Shown here: positions 48,240 to 54,525 of the stretch, one piece after another | Numbering within the stretch: position 1 is the stretch's first letter | Layout of the letters: every line of letters begins with the position of its first letter | Assembly (NCBI GenBank): GCA_038136415.1 | Contig: JAYPZT010000001.1 | Location: 1 to 54,525 of the forward strand | Source of the DNA: Opitutales bacterium | Lineage (GTDB): Bacteria; Verrucomicrobiota; Verrucomicrobiia; Opitutales; Seribacteraceae | DNA: 54,525 nucleotides | Direction of reading: 5' to 3' | Notes under the pieces: model-generated | What the model was told of the DNA's origin: nothing | Seen by the model: only the letters and a program-made list of their open reading frames with translations | Database searches by the model: none | Made by a program: the position numbers and the translations under genes

Positions 48240-50653
48240 ATCTTTTTTCCCACCCACTCTTGCTAATCTGCCTTCCCCTTGTTCTTGGGCTGTTGATTTT
48301 TATTTTTGGCAGAAGCAGAAAAGTCGCCAGGAAGAGACTACAACTCCTGGTGTCTGCCAAATTACTTCCCCGCTTATCCCCAACCCAGTCGGGTAAAAAA
48401 GAGTGGATCAAATTTTCCTTATTCTGCTCAGCACTAGTGTTTTTTATTCTTGGTTTAGCTGGCCCGCAATGGGGCTCCAAAAAAAGAACGGTTAATCCGC
48501 AGGGCATTGATGTGCTCATCGCGGTTGACCTTTCCAAAAGTATGCTTGCCCGGGATATCCGTCCCAATCGCCTGGAGCGGGTAAAACTTACTCTTATCAA
48601 TTCCCTCAACCGGGTACAGGGTGACCGTCTTGGCTTGATTGCATTCTCCGGATCTTCCTTTCTTCAATGCCCCTTGACCCTGGATCACCAGGCATTCGCC
48701 AAGACCTTGTCCGACTTACAGGTTGGGCTTCTTCCCCGCGATGGCACCGATCTATCCTCTGCCATTAAGGAGGCATCCTCCTCCTTTTCAAAAGATGATT
48801 CCGATAAATTTCTCATCCTCCTATCGGATGGGGAAGACCTCGAAGGACTGGGTCTCAAGCAGGCAAAAATTGCCGCTCAGGAAGGAATCAAAATTTTCAC
48901 CATCGGTATTGGTTCAGATGGGGGTGCACGCATCCCCCTGGATCCACTTGATCAAGCAGCCAAAAATTTTCTGAAAACTCCTCAGGGGGAAGAAGTGCTG
49001 ACCAAATTGGATGAAAACTCACTTCGCCAAATTGCTCAAATTACCGGCGGTCAATACCACCGACTGGGTGCCACCGGGGAAGGACTGGTCTATGTGTTTG
49101 ACCGGCTCCAATCGATTGGCCAGCAAAAGAAAAGAGAACAACTCTCCACCGAGTTACCGATTGATCGCTATCAGATCTTTGTTATTTTGGGTCTTTTGTT
49201 TCTCCTTTTTGAATCCTTTTCATCTTCTGCCAAAAAATTGCTGCACCCTTCCGCCACATCCTGCTTCGCAATCTTTTTTATGCTCCTGATCGGTTGCTCG
49301 CAGACCGACAATATCAAACTTGCCGAATCTGCCATGCTCAACGGAAAACCTGACGAAGCAGCTTCTTACTACCAGGCAGAGATAGATCTTTATCGCGAGA
49401 GCAAGCGCGAGCTGGACCCGAAACTTCTTCTTAATTGTGGCCTAGCCCACTTTGAAGCCAACCAGCTCGATACATGCGAGCCACTACTCCAGCAAGTGCT
49501 GGATCTATCGGATGAGCCTGAGGTCCAGTCCATCGCTCTCAACACTCTGGGCAATTTGCATTACCGCCGAGCCAACCTCGCCCTTGATCAGCAAAATGTT
49601 TCTGCAGCGAGAAAATCATGGAATCAGGCCCTTTCCTTTTACGAATCTGCCTCTCAGCTCGATGGCAACGAAAAGGCACAGATTAACCTCGAGTCACTTC
49701 AAAACCAGATCACTCAACGGATCGAAAAACTTGTCACCGTTTTATCCGGGAAAGTGTGGCGGGATATCAATGGCGACGGCATCCCCCAGGATGATGAACC
49801 CCCCATCGAAGCCAAGGTGTTTTGGGACAAAGATAACAACGGCGAATTGAATGCCACCCTGGAGCCTGCCGTTTCCACAAATGAGAATGGAGTTTTTGGA
49901 TTTGAATGGATTTCCGGCACCTATCCATCCAATCTCCAGATTGCATCCGCCCCCCTGGACAGAAACCAATCGGATGGATCCGTTCTGTTTCCTTTATTCC
50001 CTCCCCCACCCCCTCCTCAAAATCCAGACCAGGTGAGAAACTTTTTTGTCAGCATCAACGAGCCTGGCAAACTCACCATTCCTCTGCCCTACCGTGCAGC
50101 TCCTCAGATCCGGGGCAGAATCTGGAGTGATCAGGACGGAGACGGACTGGAAGCACCCGAGGAAAAAGGAACCTCTGCAGCCACTCTTTTTCTGGATACC
50201 AATGGCAACTTTCAGCTCGATGAGAATGAGACATCCTTCAAGCCAGCCGAGGATGGAAAATTCTCTCAAATTGCACCCCCCGGCCAGTACTCCGTATGTA
50301 TTCAGCCAGATAATCCGGAAGCCAATGTCACCTTCCCCATCGAGGAGCACAAAGCACACCTTGCCTGGATCAATTTTGAGTCCCCCTCGAGCCCGCTCAT
50401 CTTCGGGCTTCAGGATAGTGGATCCGGTGAAAGTTCAGATTCGCAAAACCAGCAATCCGATGCAGCCAGTCAGGCGGATGCCCAACCATCAGATGAGCCC
50501 AGCGAATCGGAGCAAGCGGAACAACCTCAGGCAAGCGAGGAGGAAGTGAACGCACTCTACGAAAGACTGCTTCAGGAAATGGAATCCAAGAGCAAACCTC
50601 TGGACCAGGAGGTACAGGCATTAAGGCCCACTCCCCTCGGTCGTGACTACTGA
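48236..50653 (+). CDS. BatB-BatC-like fusion: VWA + TPR + two SdrD-B-like repeats
   Basis: LAGPQWG, DLSKSM.A.D..PNRL, PLT.D and SDGED; TPR segment (N.G.A, NTLGN..Y); two G.VW.D..GDG repeats; Q/E-rich tail ending RDY. ATG 48236 overlaps the batA stop. Confidence 0.8.
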   Translation: MNLFSHPLLLICLPLVLGLLIFIFGRSRKVARKRLQLLVSAKLLPRLSPTQSGKKEWIKFSLFCSALVFFILGLAGPQWGSKKRTVNPQGIDVLIAVDLSKSMLARDIRPNRLERVKLTLINSLNRVQGDRLGLIAFSGSSFLQCPLTLDHQAFAKTLSDLQVGLLPRDGTDLSSAIKEASSSFSKDDSDKFLILLSDGEDLEGLGLKQAKIAAQEGIKIFTIGIGSDGGARIPLDPLDQAAKNFLKTPQGEEVLTKLDENSLRQIAQITGGQYHRLGATGEGLVYVFDRLQSIGQQKKREQLSTELPIDRYQIFVILGLLFLLFESFSSSAKKLLHPSATSCFAIFFMLLIGCSQTDNIKLAESAMLNGKPDEAASYYQAEIDLYRESKRELDPKLLLNCGLAHFEANQLDTCEPLLQQVLDLSDEPEVQSIALNTLGNLHYRRANLALDQQNVSAARKSWNQALSFYESASQLDGNEKAQINLESLQNQITQRIEKLVTVLSGKVWRDINGDGIPQDDEPPIEAKVFWDKDNNGELNATLEPAVSTNENGVFGFEWISGTYPSNLQIASAPLDRNQSDGSVLFPLFPPPPPPQNPDQVRNFFVSINEPGKLTIPLPYRAAPQIRGRIWSDQDGDGLEAPEEKGTSAATLFLDTNGNFQLDENETSFKPAEDGKFSQIAPPGQYSVCIQPDNPEANVTFPIEEHKAHLAWINFESPSSPLIFGLQDSGSGESSDSQNQQSDAASQADAQPSDEPSESEQAEQPQASEEEVNALYERLLQEMESKSKPLDQEVQALRPTPLGRDY

Positions 50654-50665
50654 TAGAATTTAGGC

Positions 50666-52462
50666 ATGCGAAGAAAAATTCTATTTATTTTTCACATCTT
50701 GCTCGCGGGGCCTTTGGTCGTGGCACAAGCAAATGTCCGGGTGGAATCGGTTTTTGAACCATCCAATATTTCTTTATCCAACGCGGCTAACTACAAAATT
50801 ATTATTCATGGTGTTCAAACCAATCCCCAGGGTTCCGTCCCCCAAGTCAGCGGGCTGAATCTTTCCAATTCCCCCCGTATCTTCCGGTCCGCCAGTTTTA
50901 TTAACGGTGTACCATCGATTAAAACCGAACTTAGTTTCGAGGTGCGTCCTCAGCGTGAAGGATCATTCACCGTTCCTTCCTGGAACATTACTGCAGAAGG
51001 GAAAAAATACTCCGTCCCCGCAGCCACCCTTCAGGTTCTCCCACCAAGTCAGCGGGATCTCGCCCGCCAGCGGGAACAGCAGCAACAGGAGCAGGATTTA
51101 AGAGAAGCTGCCTTTCTTGAATTTTCCATACCCCGGCCTTTTCTGTTCAAGGGTGAATCGACCCCTGCCAAGCTTAGTCTTTTTCTGTGGGACAAACTTC
51201 CCGTCACCCGCATCGATCAACTCCCTCAGAAAACTGGGGACGGTTTTTCCCTCTCCTCCCTCGGACAGCCGGAAGAACAAAGAAATGTGGTTCGTGGAAA
51301 TAAAGCCTATTCAGTTTTCAATTGGAAGGTCGGATTGACAGGTGCACTCAGCGGGCAAAATGAACTCTCCTTTACCACTGCAATTCGTGTACGGGTGAAA
51401 GGCTCCAAGAACTCTCCCTTTGGCAATCCATTTTTCAGTGATCCTTTTTTTGGGTTTGGCCGGGAGCAGTCCCTGGAAATTAAATCTGCCAAGTATACGC
51501 TGGAAGTCAGGGATCTTCCATCCGCCGGCAGACCCCCGAATTTCCAGGGTGCCATTGGTTCCTTTCAGGCATCCTCTTCGATCGATTTGGACCGTGTCTC
51601 TCTGGGCGATCCTGTGAGGCTGAAGTTTGCCATTGAAGGATCGGGAAATTTTGCCGCGATGCCCGCCCCCAATTTCCCTGATTCCGGCCGCTTCCGTGCC
51701 GGCCCCCCAGCCTTTTCCTTTACCGGGGACAATCTTACCAAGCTGCAAGGCACTCAAACTTTTGAGTATGTACTGACTCCCCTGACCGCTGGTCTACTCG
51801 AAGTGCCCCCGATTGAATTTTCCTACTTTGATCCGATTCAGGAAAAGTATCAGTTCTCATCCTCCATGCCCCACCCCCTGCGGGTAGATCCCGGAGAGAA
51901 ATGGGCACAGCCACAGGAACCCACAGTTGCCCAGGAAAGTAGACCGGAACGAATTTCCACCAAGGATCTTTTTCAGACCGAAAGTGAGCCGGGCGAATGG
52001 AAGGTCAGCTTAGCAGTTGCCCAGCCGTTTAGTACTTCTGCTTTTTGGATCCTACAGGTTCTGGGTGCCACCCTTAGCTGTGGGTTGCTGTTATGGAAGA
52101 TGAAAAAAAGAGATCCCAAACGGGATGCTTTGATTAAAAAAGAGAAATTACTGGAAGGTAAATTGAGCCAGTCCCTCAAACTAATGGATGCTCCATCCTT
52201 CTACCAAACCCTGCGCAAGATTTTGAGCATACGAATCGGCCGGGTCTGCAACCACGATAAACCTTCCGCTTTGTCCACCTCGGAATTAGTTGCACTTCTT
52301 CGAAAGAAGAATTTTTCAACGGATATTTGTGATCAAACTGAATTGCTTCTGCAAACCTGCGACAATCAGGAGTACGCTGCTGAGAATGCATCCGGAGTTT
52401 CCCTAAAGGAACAATTCTCAAAAGCCGAAAAACTATTGAAACAACTGGGAGCAAAACGATGA
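50666..52462 (+). CDS. batD: BatD-like protein
   Basis: Signal peptide, S.ING, P...G.F..P, LP..GRP..F.GAIG.F, G.GN, FSYFDP and a C-terminal TM. Confidence 0.8.
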   Translation: MRRKILFIFHILLAGPLVVAQANVRVESVFEPSNISLSNAANYKIIIHGVQTNPQGSVPQVSGLNLSNSPRIFRSASFINGVPSIKTELSFEVRPQREGSFTVPSWNITAEGKKYSVPAATLQVLPPSQRDLARQREQQQQEQDLREAAFLEFSIPRPFLFKGESTPAKLSLFLWDKLPVTRIDQLPQKTGDGFSLSSLGQPEEQRNVVRGNKAYSVFNWKVGLTGALSGQNELSFTTAIRVRVKGSKNSPFGNPFFSDPFFGFGREQSLEIKSAKYTLEVRDLPSAGRPPNFQGAIGSFQASSSIDLDRVSLGDPVRLKFAIEGSGNFAAMPAPNFPDSGRFRAGPPAFSFTGDNLTKLQGTQTFEYVLTPLTAGLLEVPPIEFSYFDPIQEKYQFSSSMPHPLRVDPGEKWAQPQEPTVAQESRPERISTKDLFQTESEPGEWKVSLAVAQPFSTSAFWILQVLGATLSCGLLLWKMKKRDPKRDALIKKEKLLEGKLSQSLKLMDAPSFYQTLRKILSIRIGRVCNHDKPSALSTSELVALLRKKNFSTDICDQTELLLQTCDNQEYAAENASGVSLKEQFSKAEKLLKQLGAKR

Positions 52463-53274
52463 AAATTTCATTTTATTTATTTTGCTCACTTTCCTTACTT
52501 TCGGGATTTCTCTTCGGGGAAAATCCAGACCGCTTGTTTTACGATGCTGTACGTGCGGAAGCAAATGGAGAACTCCGAAATGCGGTTCAATTTTATGAGG
52601 AAGCCACCACTCATTCTCACTCCGCCAATCTTCACGGCAACCTGGCAAACCTCTATTTCAAACTTGAGCAATATGGAAGGTCTATTCTCCACTACCGAAA
52701 AGCCCTGCTTCTTCGGCCCGATGACCGGGAATTAAAAACCAACCTCGCCTTTGCTATTGAAATATCCGGTATACCCACTGAAGAAACCAGTCAGCCTGAC
52801 TCCTCCTACTCCCCCAGTCATTTTTGGGGATGGAGCCTGGCTCTTAGTCTCGTCTTCTGGGCTGGCATTATCCTTGGAATTTTGATCATCCCCCGGGCGG
52901 TTAGTAAATCATCCGCATGGGCTCTTTCCCTCTTATGGATGGCACTGATCGGCTATCTGGGATGGGGAACCTATCAAGCCCATGATGCATCCACTTTGCT
53001 TGCCCGTGAGGTGATCGTTCTCGAGCCCCAAACTTCTCCCAGTCAAGATGAGAAAAGCAAGCAGATCCCCCTGCGTAGATTTGCCGGTTCCGGCAGCAGT
53101 GCCAACACCACCGTCCAACCAGGAGAAAGTCTCTACCTCGATTTGGATGAATCTGGAAAGCCCAAGGCACACCCAAATAATTCCGGAGTGCTTTGGTACC
53201 TGGCAAGAAGTTTGGATGGCTCGAAGAAGGGATGGCTCAGGGAGGATGAATTCAGTAAGATCCTCGAGAATTAA
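52459..53274 (+). CDS. BatE-like TPR/SH3 protein
   Basis: Signal peptide, TPR (NLAN.Y.K....G..IL.Y.KAL.L.P.D...NL), two TMs and an SH3-like W....DG.KGW end. Confidence 0.75.
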   Translation: MKISFYLFCSLSLLSGFLFGENPDRLFYDAVRAEANGELRNAVQFYEEATTHSHSANLHGNLANLYFKLEQYGRSILHYRKALLLRPDDRELKTNLAFAIEISGIPTEETSQPDSSYSPSHFWGWSLALSLVFWAGIILGILIIPRAVSKSSAWALSLLWMALIGYLGWGTYQAHDASTLLAREVIVLEPQTSPSQDEKSKQIPLRRFAGSGSSANTTVQPGESLYLDLDESGKPKAHPNNSGVLWYLARSLDGSKKGWLREDEFSKILEN

Positions 53275-54524
53275 ATCAATTTGTCCGGATCGATCTTTTC
53301 CACTGCCACATATTCTCCCTTAAAGTCCTCCTCCACAATCTTGCGGATCTCTGCAGGCAGTGCTTGTACCCGCTGCTCAATCACATCCGGATCAGTAATC
53401 CGTAAATCATTAGCGGGGGCATCCTCCCGTTTTTCCGATGTGTCAACTAATTGTGGAGGCTGGGCCTCTACCTGCTCTTCCATTTCAGGATTTTCGGGAA
53501 CATCGAGATCAACGGGTATCTCCTGCTCTTTTGCCATCCTATCAGGAGCCTTGGGCTCGGAAGGGGCGATCAATTCCTTGGTCTTGTCTTTTTCAATTTC
53601 CTCCCCGGGAATTTCCGGAGATGGTTCAGGAACTTTTTCTGGTGCGGATTGGGGAGCCTGTTTTACTTCAGGTTTGGGGCTTTTTTTTTTCGCTCCCTCC
53701 GGAATGGTCTGGGTAATCCGCCGGATCACCTGATCGATGGATTTCGAACGGGCACTTTCCACGGCCCGGAATAAGGTTACTTCAAAATTGGCTTTTTCAG
53801 AAAGTCCAAGCTTCACCAGGGACTCTCCATTCTGCAAAGCATCCAACACCCGGGTAATTTGCTCCGGATAAATCTCCTGGTGATCTCCCCCACCTGATAG
53901 ACTGCTCAGTAATTTCTCCCGGAAGTATTCGGACAAATCGAGTAAGGCACGGTAGAAATCCAGTCCCATCTCTGCAAACTGATTGGTCGAAGCAAGAATC
54001 TTCTCATAATCTGCATCCAGGATGGCATCTCCCAGATCCTTGATCTGATGAGCAGCGGCCAATCCATAGACATCCAAAACATCCTCCGGCTTGAGTGCTT
54101 TTCCACAGAATGAAATCATCTGGTCCAGAATGCTTTGTGCATCTCTCATTCCACCCATCGCCATCCGGGCAATTGCCTCCAATGCTTCCTGATCTGCCTC
54201 AATTCCCTCTGCCTGACAAATCTCCTGCAGTTTCCCCACAATCAAAGGAGACGGGATGGAGCGGAATTCAAAGCGTTGGCAGCGGGATACAATTGTGGGC
54301 AAAACCTTGTTTGACTCGGTGGTGGCAAAAACAAACTTCACATGGGGAGGTGGCTCCTCCAGCGTCTTGAGCAAAGCATTGAAAGCCTGCTGGCTAAGCA
54401 TGTGCACCTCATCAATCACATATATTTTGAAGCGGCACTGGCTCGGTGCATACTGGCACTCATCCCGCAAATCCCGTACCTGCTCCACCGAATTATTGGA
54501 GGCACCATCAATCTCGATCACATC
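53271..54524 (-). CDS. dnaX: DNA polymerase III subunit gamma/tau, 5'-truncated by window edge
   Basis: [39 protein letters not shown] and GGMRDA.S.LDQ. Confidence 0.96.
   Translation of the reverse strand, partial: DVIEIDGASNNSVEQVRDLRDECQYAPSQCRFKIYVIDEVHMLSQQAFNALLKTLEEPPPHVKFVFATTESNKVLPTIVSRCQRFEFRSIPSPLIVGKLQEICQAEGIEADQEALEAIARMAMGGMRDAQSILDQMISFCGKALKPEDVLDVYGLAAAHQIKDLGDAILDADYEKILASTNQFAEMGLDFYRALLDLSEYFREKLLSSLSGGGDHQEIYPEQITRVLDALQNGESLVKLGLSEKANFEVTLFRAVESARSKSIDQVIRRITQTIPEGAKKKSPKPEVKQAPQSAPEKVPEPSPEIPGEEIEKDKTKELIAPSEPKAPDRMAKEQEIPVDLDVPENPEMEEQVEAQPPQLVDTSEKREDAPANDLRITDPDVIEQRVQALPAEIRKIVEEDFKGEYVAVEKIDPDKLI
53663..53700 (-). other. Candidate dnaX recoding site (internal SD-like GGAGG, A10 run, stops in both alternative frames)
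   Basis: Minus strand reads GGAGGGAGCG-AAAAAAAAAA-GCCCCAAACCTGAAGTAA. The -1 frame stops at TGA 53670-53668 and the +1 frame at TAA 53665-53663. Confidence 0.6.
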
Positions 54525-54525
54525 C

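Noticed and set aside
47875-48609. 244-aa antisense ORF over batA/batB
   Set aside because: It lies completely opposite well-supported genes and has no recognisable motifs, so it is a shadow ORF.

Overview
Gene-dense bacterial chromosomal segment of 46 CDS, two of them truncated by the window edges. It is mostly housekeeping. Gene content and order suggest a Verrucomicrobiota/Opitutae-like diderm, which is an inference and not a database result. Order: mscS'-yajC-secDF-recJ; glyQS (-); small lipoprotein; Fur/PerR-sufCBD-sufT-rpiB-clpP; menC-menE (-); guaB-purA-nadC-birA-coaX-GldA/F/G-like ABC module-DUF4340-AsmA-like-accB-accC-Asp23-AmaP-like; gcvT (-); CNNM-lgt-mreBCD-PBP2-redoxin; a very large CHASE2 adenylate cyclase (-); a MoxR/DUF58/Bat operon; and the 3' part of dnaX (-). 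I saw no RNA genes, CRISPR arrays, IS elements, integrases or prophage genes. The most notable signals are: (1) an A10 run in dnaX just after domain III, preceded by an internal SD-like sequence and with early stops in both shifted frames, a candidate slippage/frameshift site making gamma; (2) repeated D/E-x-N-x-S/T sequons in several exported proteins, hinting at Campylobacter-type N-glycosylation; (3) large insertions in envelope proteins, namely a wHTH-like insert in PBP2, coiled-coil inserts with an internal repeat in the CHASE2 sensor, and two SdrD-B-like domains in a BatB-BatC fusion; (4) a Gld-like ABC/DUF4340/AsmA module next to accBC-asp23-amaP; (5) a divergent PurA.
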